64,000 bases of DNA from Ministeria vibrans ATCC 50519 (lineage: Eukaryota > Protista > Filasterea): NCBI GenBank assembly GCA_943704425.1, contig CALSCP010001168.1:1-64000 (forward strand). Reading direction: 5' to 3'. The position numbers and the translations under genes are program-made. A model generated the notes under the pieces. That model saw only the letters and a program-made list of their open reading frames with translations, was not told the DNA's origin and ran no database searches. This document shows positions 12,060-32,145 of this stretch, piece by piece. How positions within the stretch are numbered: position 1 is the first letter of the stretch; every line of letters begins with the position of its first letter.

Positions 12060-14105
12060 ATGGAGATTCATCTTTGTCGCTTTGTCAAGAGCGATCCGCG
12101 TGGCGTCCATTGTCTGGCTTTTAGCGGCTCTGGCCATCGTTTAGCAGTGAGCCGCTCGGACGGTGACATTGAAATATGGGCCTACGTCGACAGACGCAGT
12201 TGGCAACAGCTTTTGGTTCGTAGATTTCCGTCTTTTTTTCCTTTTCATGTTCATGTGTGTTGACCTTTTTTTTTGTTTTTGCGCCACTCATTAACTCCTT
12301 TCATGGCTCTCTTCTTGCAGCGATTTCCCGGCGGCGGAGATGCATCGGTCGAGTCACTTGTGTGGGTGGGCGAAGACCGTCTCATATCGGCAGGACTCAA
12401 CGCTCTTCTGTGCGAATGGGACTTCGCGTCTTTGACACCGCGCACGACCGCCTACTCGTATGGCGGTGCGGTGTGGGCCCTCTCGTTGGCGCCCAGCGAA
12501 ACCCGTTTGGCTGCTGGCTGCGAGGACGGTTGTGTGCGACTTTTCGATGTGTCCGCATCGGGTGTTGTGGAGTTTCTCTCGTCGTTTGGCGACTGGCACG
12601 AGGCGCGCGTCTTGTCACTGTGCTGGAGCCGCGACAGTAGCCAGGTGATTTCGGGGAGCGCCGATGGCTGTATTCGGGTGTACGATGCGACGACGGGACG
12701 TTCGCGAGTGCGCATCACTGTATCGCTTGAGGTCGAACGTGTTCTGGTGTGGTCGGTGGCGTCGTTGCCCGATGGCACCGTGTGCTCGGGCGACTCGAGC
12801 GGCTACATCCGTCTATGGGACACGCGCTTTGGCACACAGATTCAATCGTTTCACTTGCACGAGGCAGATGTGCTTGCAGTGGTCGCGAGCGCTCGCGGTG
12901 ACTCCATTTTCGCGTCGGGCGTCGACAACCGTTTGGTACAGTTGCGTCTCGTGGGTGACCAACAGTGGGCGCTCGCGTCCAAAAGCCGCGCTCACACCCA
13001 CGATGTGCGAGCCTTGGCACTTTCAGGCAACTTGCTCATCTCGGCGGGCGTCGACACGGCCCTGATCCTCTACGACGCCGACGACATTACCCGTTGGCCC
13101 TACCGCAAATTGCCACCTCTCCCGCACTATGTGAGCACGTGCGCCGGGGCTCTGTCGAGTCCCACGTCACCCGTGCGTCGACTGTTGTTGAGCCAGCTCG
13201 ACAGCCGCCTGCAACTGTGGCAGCTGGGCGAGACCGCGTCGAGCGCCGTCGACGAGACTCTTACGGATGGCACGCGCCTCGCCCTCTCCAACGGCGGTCC
13301 GCCGGTCGCGCAACTGCTGGAACTGCGCTCAAAGAACTCCCAGAATTTGGTGTGTTCGGCACTGTCGCCCGACGGCTCGCGCATTGCCATGTCGGATGCC
13401 GCAACAATGCGCGTCTTTGCAGTCGACTGGGACGACTGCGACAAAGCTCACAGTGTCCCGCGCGTTGTAGTGCGAAAACTGCGCGTGCCCAATGCAAGCG
13501 CCGCCCATCGGATCACTTTCACACCCGACTCGAAGCGCATGATTGTCGGCACGCTGGCGTGCACTCTGGAAATGTGGGACGTGAGTGGTGATCATCACGT
13601 TGAACTGGTGCACACCTTTTCAATGGGAGCCGATGCGGATGGTGATGTTGCGATGGAGCAGCTCGGCAACGAGGGGGGACAAGGCGACGATGACGACGAC
13701 GACGACGATGATGATGAGACTTCCCAAGGCGCGCGACTGCTTTTCTCGGATGGTGTTGCGCCCATTGTGACACTTGCTGTGTCAGCTGACGGACAGTGGC
13801 TCATGGCAGGAGACCTCAACGACCGTCTGTGTGTCTTTAACTTGGACCAGCTGGCACTCCACTGGACACTTCCGCGCCATCCGTCGTCCCACTGCGCCGT
13901 TGCCATCCATCCCCGTGGCTACGTCGCTGCCGTTGCTTGTTGCTCCCAAGAAATTTGTCTCTACAACATTGAGGAAAAGCGCCGTCTCGCCTGGCCCGGC
14001 ACCACCCAAACACTTCCCAAGGTACAAACAAAATAAATATTTATAGTAACTAAATTAAATTCTTATTATTATTGTTAAATTAATATAATTTTATCAAATT
14101 TGTTT

Positions 14106-14176
<71 letters not shown>

Positions 14177-14785
14177 TTTATTAATATTATTATTATTGTA
14201 GGATTGGCTAAGGAGAAGGGATAAGATTATTGGAATGAACTTTGATCCGCTGAAGCCGTCGCGTCTGCTACTCTTTGATCATCTCATGTTTACTTTTGTC
14301 GATATTTCACAGGTAAAGCAAAGGGTGTCGTCTCTCTCCCTCGCTCTCTCTGTTTTTGTTTTTCTTTTCTTGACACACTTTCGATGTTGGTGGTTTTGTA
14401 GCCATTGCCGGATGCGAATGCAAAGCTGCGCGAAGTGATGCGACAGGAAGAAGAGAGCGTGAAGAAGCGAGCACCGGAGAGGCAAAGGAAGGGAGGAAAG
14501 AAGAAGAAGGGAGAGGGAGAGATGATGGTGACGGAGGATGGAGAGGGAGCGGAGGAATCTGGTGAGGACGACGGAGGGGACGGGGCGAGCGAGCTTGCGT
14601 CGTCCAAGCAGCTTGTGCTGGTGAAGCGCTTTCAGCCGTTGTTGGGGGTTCACTTTATCAGCAATGCCAGTGCGTCCGAGGGTCCCCATCACGACGGCAG
14701 TGCGCTTGCCGTCGTTCAGCGTCCCTGGCTTGCTGTCATGGAGTCCCTTCCTCCGACCCTCTACCGTGTTCGTTTTGGCACGTAA
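12060..14785 (+). CDS. UTP4: U3 snoRNA-associated protein 4 (cirhin), WD40 repeat
   Basis: MEIHLCRFV..., RLAVSRSDGDIEIW, GGAVWAL, AAGCEDG, HTHDVRALA and C-terminal VVQRPW...LPPTLYRVRFGT. Confidence 0.9.
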
Positions 14786-14937
14786 CTCTCTTTTTTCTTC
14801 TTCTTTATTTTCATGTGTGTTTACACACACACACATATTTCTCTGTACAAAACCCGGCTTTTATTTGTTTCTCTTTCGATATCAAACGAAAAAAAATATA
14901 TTCCTTTATATACATACACATGCGAAGCGCCTTAAAC

Positions 14938-21329
<6,392 letters not shown>

Positions 21330-21510
21330 GAAAAAAATCTAACAGTTTATTCACTGATCACTCAATATTCCTTTTTGACATTGAGTACAGCTCTCGATTC
21401 TCTATTTATTTTCCTATTCTTTCTATACCATTCTCTTTTGACATTTGAGCCTGACTGTCAGTCGTTGGTCGTCAGTCGTTGCCGTGGCTCTGCGATCCGC
21501 ATTATTTCTC

Positions 21511-21859
21511 ATGAAGAAGAAATCATCGGACGAGATCCTCTTGCAGGATCTGCAGCGGCGCCTGACGCGAGCCGAGCGACGGTATGAAGACACTGCTGGC
21601 CGGCCCACTGTGTGTTTCTGCTTGACAGACCCCCCCTTCCCAAATAAGCGTTCGCGCGCCGTGTTTTTTGACCACCGTCTCACTTGTGTTGTGTTCGCGT
21701 CCAGGGGCGACACGGTCGAGGAGGCGCTGGTCGCCAGCCAGATTGGTTCGCTCTATCAAGAGCTTGGCGACTACCGCACGGCACTTGAGTACCACCAGGT
21801 AACGAGAGCCACCCGTATCCCTGTCCCCTCTCAGCGACTCGAACGACTCACTGACATGA

Positions 21860-21917
<58 letters not shown>

Positions 21918-24274
21918 TTGGGTCTATAGCGTGAATTGAAGTTGACGCTACAACGTGCCCAGACGGACGCCACCGTTGCTCAAATCTACTGCCACATTGC
22001 AGAGTGTTACAAGGATATGGGTGAGGTTCGACAGGCACTGGAAGCGTGTCGCAAGCAACGGGCAGTCGCCGAGGAGAAACACGACCTCACCGAACTCCAA
22101 CGCGCCTTCACCACCCTCGGCTGTGTCTACAGGTCACGCGGACAGACGCACGGGCGTGCTCGTGCGGCAGTGTTGCAAGACTTGCGTCTCGCTCGAGATG
22201 CCTTCGAGAAGAGTCTCGCCCTGGCACGCCGCAGCGATGTGGGTCGCGGTGATAGCAAGTTGCGCCTGGCCTTTCTCTGTGATGCTCTTAAGAACCTCGG
22301 AGACACCCTCGACGACTTGGAACAGCATGATGAGGCATTGTCGTATCTTGAAGAAGGTCTTCGCCTTGCTTCCGACAAGCTCAAAGACTCGGCACGTCAG
22401 TCAGCACTGGAAATCTCCGTGGGCTCGACATTGGCGCACTCGGGGGACTTTGATCGGGCGGTCAAGTTTCTCACCGACTGTGTACAGATGGCACGAAATG
22501 CGTCGAACATCCTGGCGCAAGCAGAGGCCCTTAACAACCTTGGCGATGCGTACATGCGCCAGGGCGAGCCGGCGCGTGCCCAGCCCATGTTCCGTCAGGC
22601 CTATCGTCTCGCCCTGAAACAAAAACGCGATCCGTCATTGCCTCAAACGGTTGCCGACAACTACCGAATGGTACGTCGCTCGCTCAAAATCGAGCAAGAG
22701 ATTGTTCTTTGGCGCGGCCGCGTCCATCGGCTGCGCGAGACGACTAGCGATGGTATCAATGCGGGCGAAGGCGATGGTGAGACCAACGACATGTTTGCAA
22801 CCACAAGCGATCGCGGTGAGCGCCGTGCTTTGCCGCGTGCCCTTGAGAAACTGGGTGATCTCTCGGTGGATGTAAATCGACCGGCCGATGCAGTCGCCCA
22901 CTACGACAATGCCATTCTGGTGAGCACTCCCGCGACGCGGTTTCGTCGTGATTTGCACTTGGCCGTGGCAGAGCACTCGGAGGATGTGCACCAGTCGGCA
23001 ACCTACTATGAGAAGCACGCACGACTGGTTGCCGCGGAGACGGACGACCGCGACGCGGTCGTTGCTTCGTCGTTGTGCCGCGCCGCTCGCGGCTACACGC
23101 TGCTGGATCATGCCGCCAAGGCCGTGGAGCTGCTGCGTGAGGCACACGATCGCGCGAGTGCCGCGGAACACCTCAACTTGCGCGTGCTCGCCTCTTCTCT
23201 TCTGCAAAAATGCTCGACCCTTTTGGGGCGCAATGACGATGCGCAAGCGTGGTCGATTGTGGCACAGTCTGCACAAGCAGAGCAGCGTCGTCGAACTGCA
23301 ACCATCACTACTGGGAGGAGTGATGATGGTGACGAGGAAATTGAAGAGGGCGACGAGGAGGGAGCAGGAGCCGATGACGAGAGGGAGGAGACAATTGACT
23401 TGACTGATCCTCTTGACGACGTGATGTCGCTGGCAAGAGAGAGCACGGACGAAGAAAGTGAAGAGGACTGCAGTGACGATGAAGGAGGTGAAAGTGAGTC
23501 GTTGCACGGCCTTGAAAAGCGTGTGCGACAGCAGAAGGTGAAGAACCATAAGAAGAAGAAGGGGAAGCGGAGAAGAGGAGAGAGTGAGTCGGATGTCGAG
23601 GAGGAGGAAGAGGAAGAAGAAGAGGACGAGGATGGTAGTGGCGAGCTTGTGTTGACGGCGTCCGAAGATGAGGAGGTCGAAGAGGACTCGCTTGAAATGC
23701 GACCTGGTGTGCCACGCAGACTGGGCGACGTGTCGAGTTTGATCAATCGTCGTAACGAAAAGGGTGAGACCAAGTTGCATCGTGCCGCGATTGCGGGTCG
23801 TGTCGATGTGTGTCGACAGCTTTTGGCAGCGGGCATTGACATCCACGCGCGTGATTGGGCCCACTGGAGTGCGCTGCACGAAGCGTCCAACTTCGGCTTT
23901 GTCCAAGTGGTGGAGCTTCTCTTGGAGCATGGCGCCCGTGTCAACCAGAGTGGCTTTCATGGCATGACGCCCCTTCACGATGCGTGTCTTAATGGCCACG
24001 CAGACGTGGTGCGTGTTTTGCTGCAAGCCGGTGCTAATCCGACCCTCCTCGACGACTTTCAACGGTCACCGCTGGATGTTATTTCCGACAACGACCACGA
24101 GGGCGCCACGAGAAAGATGGTTCGGCGTGCTCTGCGCGACCTTGCGCGAGACTCGTCGTCGGCGCTGGCGGCGCGAGCGCGGGCTATGTTGAGCGGTACC
24201 AAGGACGACGATGCGGCAGAACCGTGTGTCCTGGCTACTCATGTGACTGAGCGATTCGAGCACGACGACGACGA

Positions 24275-24305
<31 letters not shown>

Positions 24306-25145
24306 GAGCACCGCCAAGGTGACGGGTCTCTCGTCGAAGGGGAGGAAGAGACGCAGGAGGAGAATGTGATGTTGACAATGGACGTGGATGGTGAGGAGGT
24401 GGCGGAAGAGGAGGAGAGCGAGGGAGGCGTTGAGCAGGCAACGGAGAGTCGACGCACTTCGGCACGGCAGCAGCAGCACCTAGAGCAACAGGAGCGACTA
24501 CGTCGACATGCAGTTGCTGCGGGTGGTCTTGTGCATGCGATGATGTCGGGCAGCGACAATGAACTCAGCGGTGATGAGCAAAGGCACAATGAGTCACCAT
24601 CATGTTCCCCAATGGCGACGCCCGTGCGGAGCAGTCAAAAGCGAGACGCAGCCTCGGTACTTGTATCGCCTGCGGTGCGAAACAAACGCCAACGACGCAA
24701 TCAGCAGGGGCCAACCCGAAACCAGTATAATCGACGCGTCGGTGTGGCTGTGTCGTCGCGACGAAGACGCAGCAGCGGACCGGGCGACATCGACGAAGTG
24801 TACGACAACTTTTGTATTCGAGGTAATGACGACGAGGTGGAGGAGGAAGAGGAAGAGGAAGAGGAAGAGGAAGAGGAGTCTGAGGTAGACGAGGTGCGTG
24901 GCGAGAGACTTGCAATGAGTGACGACAGCAGTGGCGCGGAAGACGATGCTGAGGCGCACCATTGTTCGCGTCGTCACCGTCGTCGCCGTCACACTGCACA
25001 CCGACATCAATTGTCGTCGTCGCCTGTTCTTTCGCCAACGTGTAGCTCTCCGCCAGTAGCAACACCCTTGCCATTGCCGCTACCCTTACCCTACATCACC
25101 AGCAACAACGACGACAATGATAGGGAGAAGGAGGGCACCATCACC

Positions 25146-25186
<41 letters not shown>

Positions 25187-27095
25187 CAACAATAACACCG
25201 ACACATTTTTTGGTGGCGACGACTACACATCGCCGCAGTTGATTGATTATGATCGTCGCAGCCAGTCTGTGATGGTGCGCTGTCGTGTTACACTTGAGGA
25301 CCACGATACCATGCTGGTGCCTATGCCGGCCGACAGTCTTGTGCGTGATATCTGCAAAGAAGTGTGTCGCCGCCGTATTCTCGACGGCTCTGACGTGCCT
25401 GTGATTGCGTGCTTGCTCTTTGATGGGGCCACACTGCACAATAATGACCGAGTCTCGTCCATCACGGGCGCTGGACACGGCGACGCGGACCCTGTTGTGG
25501 CGCTCACTGCTCGTGTGCTCGAGTGGCACACGCCCGATCTGGCGACTCAATTTGAGGCACAAGCGCCTGCAACCGCCCAAGCGCGTCTTGTTCACCAGGT
25601 ACTGACGTCGCAAACACACCGGGCTGACGACATGGGAAATGGTGGCGATGACCAAGCGGTGTCGTCCATGATTCTGGTTGATTTGTCCTCCCTGGACACA
25701 GTTCGTGTTGACGATGAGACGCTCGTGCCATTGTTTGCCGTTTTGCGTGGCAACTCAACTCGCTCGGTGTTGCGCCGTGTGAGTTTTGCAGGGGTGATTC
25801 TGTCGCCGCTTTTGCTGTCGCAACTTGAGCAGACCTTCTCCGAGCTGGTTCATCTTGATTCAATCTGCGTGTCGCGTTGCACCACCACCGCTGCCGATGC
25901 ACTCCTGTTGTGTCGTGCCTGTGCTGCCAGTCGCACAGTTCACGATTTGGACCTGTCGCACAATCCTATGGTGTCGCGCGTCGAAGGCACGGCCGCAGCG
26001 CTTGCACTGAGTGTCGGGGCAGCTGCAGACGCACTGGCGCGTCTCGTCTCGGTATGTGGACCGCGTCTTCGTCGACTCTCACTTGACGACTGTGCTCTTG
26101 AGGACGGCATGCTTTCGAGTAGACTGTTGGCAATGGCTTGGCAAAACCTAGTGGTCTTAGAGCGTCTCTCGCTCGCGTATAACAGTCGTGCGGGGTGTGC
26201 CTTTGCCGCAGCCATGCTCTCTCCTAACTGTGTTGCCCTCTCGTTGACACACCTGAATCTCTCGTTTATGGGTGTTGCTTGTACTGCGGACGGACAGGCA
26301 ACGTTGCGATTGGCAGGGGCTTTACGCAAGTGTGCGCATCTTGAGACGCTGTGTCTCTCTGGCTGGACACTCGACCCGACGTCGATTGTCCAGGCGGCTC
26401 TCCCGACGCTGCACGAGCTCGCACTTTCCCAGTGTAATCTTCCGAGTGGCTTCATTGCTGAGCTGGCACGCGCCGGTCCGCACCAGCAATTAGTGCGCTT
26501 GGATGTGTCGTGCAACACCAATGTGTTTGTAGGGGTGGAGTGCGAAGACTTGCGTGTTGTCTTGGCACATGTGAAGGATCTTGATGCGCGACTGTCGTGT
26601 GTGTCTTTGGCTCAGACGGCGCAGATGGTGGACGCCGTTGCACAAGAATGCCGTGAGGTGGAGGTGAAGCTTAAGGTGGGTGGTGGGTTGCTGGAGACGG
26701 ACGATCACGGCTGGGATGCGTTTGTGCGCGCGTGTGGAGCGAGTCGCGAGCGTGGAGCTGTATGCGTTGACTTTGGTGCGTGTGAGTGGAACACAATGGC
26801 GCGTCGGACTGAATTGGCTCGTTTTGGACGTGTGGGTGAGCTAACGAGCGACGAGAGCCAACGAGGCCGACCAGCACGTCTTGTGGTGACTTTGGCGGCA
26901 CGTCATGCCGGCGGCGGTGGAGGCGGTGGCGGTGGTGCAAGTGGAGGTGGAGACGCTTCGGCGCAGCGTGGGGGAGTCACTCACTATGCACGACCTCACG
27001 ACACGTCACAAGCGGTGGTGGTGTCGCAGGTAACTCGTCTTGAGCGCGAGCTTGACGCATGGGATGCGGATGCCGACCTGGATAATGAGTGGTGA
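21511..27095 (+). CDS. TONSL: Tonsoku-like protein (TPR - acidic - ankyrin - UBL - LRR)
   Basis: TPRs (ELQRAFTTLG), ankyrin repeats NRRNEKGETKLHRAAI..WSALHEASNFG..GMTPLHDACLNGH, UBL-like RCRVTLEDHDTMLVPMP, LRRs (LDLSHNP, LSLAYN). Confidence 0.88.
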
Positions 27096-27337
27096 ATGTA
27101 TTATTATTGTAACAAATTCAGTTTGTAAGACCTCGGGAGACTTCTTCAGAAGATAAATTTAGAAACTAAACGTGGTTCTGCTTGTGTTGTCGCTTTTGCG
27201 TTTGCGATTGATAAAACACGAAACATCTTTATTCATGTGTCATTGGTTCCTGTTCATTATTCCATTCTTGAGAAAACTGAGTTTGATCTCAACTCACACA
27301 CAAACATTATTTATTAGTATCCTTTGGTTTTTTTGCC

Positions 27338-27587
27338 ATGGCATCAAAGGCTGCAAGCGCTGTGTCCTTTTTTGGCGAGGAGGCCGTCCGACAGTTCCCC
27401 AAACGAGCGAACCGTGGTCTTTGGGGTCGCACCAATGTTTCGTCGGGTTACAGAGTACGATTTCGCGCCACTGCGCCCCCGCCAGCGCCTCACCTCCCTC
27501 CGTGCTGTTTGGTTTTGTATAGGATACCTTTTCCAAGAAGAAGACGCGGCGAACGTGGAAGCCAAATGTTCAGGTGAGAAACAATCG

Positions 27588-27618
<31 letters not shown>

Positions 27619-27905
27619 TATTTGCGAGCGACCTCATTTAATGTTATTTTTTCGTGTGCTGTGGCCACTAGAGACGCGATTTCTACAGTCCTATATTGAA
27701 CGAGTTCATTCGATTGAACATTACGACGAACATGATGCGCACCATGGCGAAGCGAGGTGGATTTGACGAGTTTTTCTTGCGGACCCCCCCACGAGAATTG
27801 ACGGGCTACATGTCGGTCGCACTTCAGCAGCGCATCATTGCCGCGCGCGAGGTACCTGCGTCTTCAGGCGGCCACAGTAGACTGACTATCTCCTCTTCCT
27901 CCTCC

Positions 27906-27951
<46 letters not shown>

Positions 27952-28498
27952 GTAGCGTAAGGTCGCGGAAGGACTGGTGCCTGAACTAGAGGAGCAGGCA
28001 ACCGAATGGCCCAAGCCATTCCCGCGCAAGTTGATCCGTCCGCCACGCAAGGGCTACCACAACTGGGCCGAGGATGTTCTGGAGGACTTTGAAGAGCTGC
28101 AGGAGAGCCAAACGGTCGACTTGGGCATGGCGAGCTTTGATGCGATGCGTCAAAAGGAAATCGACGCGGCACTGTTTGTTCAACGAGACTCGCAAGGCTA
28201 CCGCATGAACGACCGCTTTACACTGCCAGCAGAGGCGGCGCTACGACGGGCAGTGCACCTCACAGCCGACATGCGGTCAGACGAAGACCACGCGGCAGAG
28301 GAAGAGGCAGAGGCAAAGAAGGCGGCCGAAGCCAAGGTTGCCGAGGCGGCAGCGGCGGCTGCGGCGCCCGAGACGCAAGCGTCGAGAGAGACTGCGGCGA
28401 TTTTGGCGGCGCGCCAGGGAACAGCTGTGAGGATCCAAGATGTGATTGTGCGCCAGAAGAAGAAACGCAGAGAGCGCAATACGCAGAAGAAGAAGTGA
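27338..28498 (+). CDS. MRPL28: Mitochondrial ribosomal protein bL28m (MRPL28/MrpL24)
   Basis: KRANRGLWG, spliced SKKKTRRTWKPNVQ, FYSPILNEFIRLNITTNMMRTMAKRGGFDEFFL. Confidence 0.85.
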
Positions 28499-28556
28499 GT
28501 TATAGAGCGTGTGAAATAAAAAAAATTGCGGAGAGAAGGAACAATGAAACGTTTCA

Positions 28557-29966
28557 TTAATCTGTCTTTGACTTTGATCTTCTGGGTTTCGGGCTGTCAA
28601 CGTGGGGTTGGGTTGAGCGGAAGCGAGAGCGAGAGCGGGTGGAAGGGGGGAGGTCAGGTGTGGGCGGAGGATCAGTGGTGCGTGGGGTGGCGGGGCTGGT
28701 GCCGAGGAGAGCAACGACGTTGATGAGACGGATGAAGGCGCACGAGATGGGCGTGAAAGGGTCGGTGTGGAAGAGCCAATTGGAGAGGTACACGACGACC
28801 ATGAAAAGTGCACTGACAGTGACTGTCTCGACTTCGTTGAGGTTCACTACGCCATGCAGCGATAGTGTGCTGAGGATGCTCCCAAAGAAGGCCATCCGCA
28901 GAGTCCTAAGATGGTACACAAATTATGTATTATGTATATATAATAATAATAATAAAATATCATTATAATAATAATAATAATAACAACAATAATAATAATA
29001 ATAATAATTATTATTATTATAATTTAAATGTGTGTGTGTGTGTGTGTGTGTGTGTGTCAGAAGGGCATTGGGGGTGCCTTACGAGGGAACGGGGTTGAAG
29101 GGTGACTTAACGGGCAGGCCTTGAATAAGTCGAATGAGGACGGTCATGATTGTGCCACCGCCCGCTGAAAAACACAACAGATTGAAATGGGCACTGCCCA
29201 ACGAACGAATTGATCAGTTTACCTTTGAGTGTGCCTGCTATCACTGGTGCGACCCATGTCGACTGCGGAAACATTTCAATCACATGCAAGGCTCCAAGAT
29301 ACGTCTTTTGCGCACGATTGGTCTCTTTGACAAGCACCAGAGCAAACTAAGAATCAAAGATGGAACGTGTGACTCACCACAATATAATACTTTGTGTCTC
29401 TCAGTGTCTGTTGCTGTGCGATCACCTTGAGCGGCTTGATCGTGTTAATCATGGTGAAGACCAGATCGTTGGGGGAGAAAAAGAGCGCGCCCCACGAGAC
29501 AATCGCAATGAGTGTTTGAGTGTCGTTTTGGAGCAGCGCAATCGACTCGCCTGCTCGAAAACAAAACACGAGAGTTTACATCTCAACTGCACAGAGTTAC
29601 GTCAAACGGCTACCACACGCAAGTGCCAAACAGGTAGAGCCACCATAGGCAATGAGGAGCGCCGACACAAGCGACCCGATGGGGTGTTTCAGGGCAAATT
29701 CACGCGTGTCTGCAACGAAAACATGTCACCAAGTTCGCATTGCTCAAAAGAGGACATATTAAGTACGCTTGGGGTCGGCGGCTCGCATGTAGTAGAATGT
29801 CATGATACAGTAGACAATCCATTGGTCTACAAAGCAAGCGATGAGTGCATGTCGTCGTTTGAAAAAGTGCATTCGAACTTGGAAACATTGGAATTTCAAT
29901 CAGCGGTCTCAATACCCACACGACTCTCTGGAAGAGGACACTTGCCCCATGAAGTAATACATCCAT
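28557..29966 (-). CDS. TMEM38: Trimeric intracellular cation channel (TRIC/TMEM38)
   Basis: Spliced PMFP, FALKHPIGSLVSALLIAYGG, SWGALFFSPNDLV, KETNRAQK, IAGTLKG match TMEM38 motifs. Confidence 0.8.
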
Positions 29967-30134
29967 AGCGAACGAATGTAAATATTCTATAACCTAACAC
30001 CATAGTTGTCCCGTAGTAGTCTCCGACACTGACTAAGAGATCGTTGACGAATAAGTTCTGTCTGACTGTCTGACTTACTCGTCAGTCGTCATTTTCTTTA
30101 TTTTTTAACTTTTCCTCCTTTATCAAATTTCAAG

Positions 30135-31690
30135 ATGAGTGGACGTGGTGGCGGAGGATTCGACAGAATGATCAGCGTGTTCTCGCCTGAAGGGAGAATC
30201 TTTCAAATTGGTGAGGCATTTCGTTCGCTGTGCCCTCTCCCCGTTGCACGACGACTCCTCGACCATGCCCTGCACCAAGTTTGCAGGCATGCGCATATGC
30301 TGTTGCTCCTCGAGGCGAACCGACGTGGCTCCATCGGATTGAGAATCGCTTCACATTTTGTTCGCGACCGTTCATCCTTAGTCTTCACTCTCCCGTCACG
30401 CACGGGTGTTTATTCTCTCTATTCCCCTGGCCAATACCTTGCACGTGTACTGACGCATCCCTTCGCATGCGTCTTCCTCTCTTTGCCAATCGTTTCTGCT
30501 CGATTTTCATTGAATCCATTTTGACCATTCTCTCTCTTTTCTCTTCTCTCTCTTTTCTCTCCAGAATACGCCTTCAAGGCGATCAACGCCGGCGGATTGA
30601 CTGCTCTTGCCATTCGCTCAAAGGATGCAGTGGTAGCTGTGACACAAAAGAAAGTTCAGGTGAGTTTTCGGAACACGAAAATCAATGTTCGTGAAGACAC
30701 CTCTGGTCCATTCTCGCCGCCCCGTCGATCCTGCGACTGCGCCGCCGCTCTATAGGCCTATGTTTCATGCTTGCACGTGTGCCGAGTGGGGTTTGCCCTC
30801 GCTCTTGCATTGTTTTTGGGTTTTGTGTGAGACTTATCGTCTCACTTAAAAAAAAAACTTGTGTCTCTTATACTTTTCAGGACAAACTTTTGGACGCGAG
30901 CACAGTGACGCATGTGTTTAAGATTACGGAAACAATTGCCGCAGTGATGACAGGGATGACTGCCGATGCTCGTGCTCAAGTGGAAAGAGCTCGATATGAA
31001 GCAGCGCAGTTTAAGGTAAATCTGCTGTGCGTATGAGTCAACTCTCACTGTCGTTTGTCCTTAGTACCAATTCTCGTATGATATGCCAGTAGACCAGATT
31101 GCACGACGAATGGCCGATCTGAGCCAAGTGTACACACAGCACGCGGGAATGCGACCTCTCGGATGCTGTACGTCCGAAAACAAGTCAAAATTGAAGAAAA
31201 AAAAGTGTACGCAAAATACTCACTCAGAGTGTCTTTGAAGCGATGATGTTGCTGGGAATGGACGAGGAGCGCGGCGCACAGCTGTTCAAATGCGACCCGG
31301 CCGGCTACTTTATTGGCTACAAGGCGACGTCAGCGGGCGTCAAGAGCGTCGAGGCCAACAACTATCTTGAGAAGAAGATCAAGAAGAACCCCGAATGGGA
31401 TGCGACAGAGACAATCGAGCAGGCCATCATGGCGCTCAGCTCCGTCCTTGGCATTGACTTCAAGCCCACCGATATTGAAGTGGTCGTCTCCACTGCAGAT
31501 CACCCTAACGTCAAGGTACGCAACACACATGTCGATACCATGTTCAACTTTCACTCTCTCTCTCACCTGCATCACTTTTTTTCTTTTCTTTTGCCTTCCT
31601 CCTACCTATGTCTCCCTCTTTTCTGCGCCATAGATTCTTTCAACAGACGAGATTGAAGTGCATCTCAATAGCATTGCCGAAAAGGACTGA
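30135..31690 (+). CDS. PSMA6: 20S proteasome subunit alpha type-6 (alpha1)
   Basis: [75 protein letters not shown]. Confidence 0.95.
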
Positions 31691-31823
31691 TCACACATAC
31701 TCAAAAAAGCATTACACATTCAATTTTCCAATTTTTTTCATATAGACATCCGCCTCACTCACTCAGTTACTCACTCACCCCAGTCACTCACTCGATCTTC
31801 TGTACACACTGCCTATTGGTTGG

Positions 31824-32048
31824 TTACTGGAGCTGAGTGAGTTTCGAGACAAGCAGCACACGGACCGTCTGATCCAGTGCAGTGCATGCGGCCAGGCCAG
31901 CAAAGTCAGGGCTCCAGTCGAACGCACTCACTGGCTGCTGACCCATTACCATGCTCTGCACACAGTCCAAAGTACCCGCCACCCCTGAGAAAATATGCGT
32001 CAGCGTCTCTTAGTCACACACACACACTATCACTGTGTTTCTTTTCCC

Positions 32049-32145
<97 letters not shown>

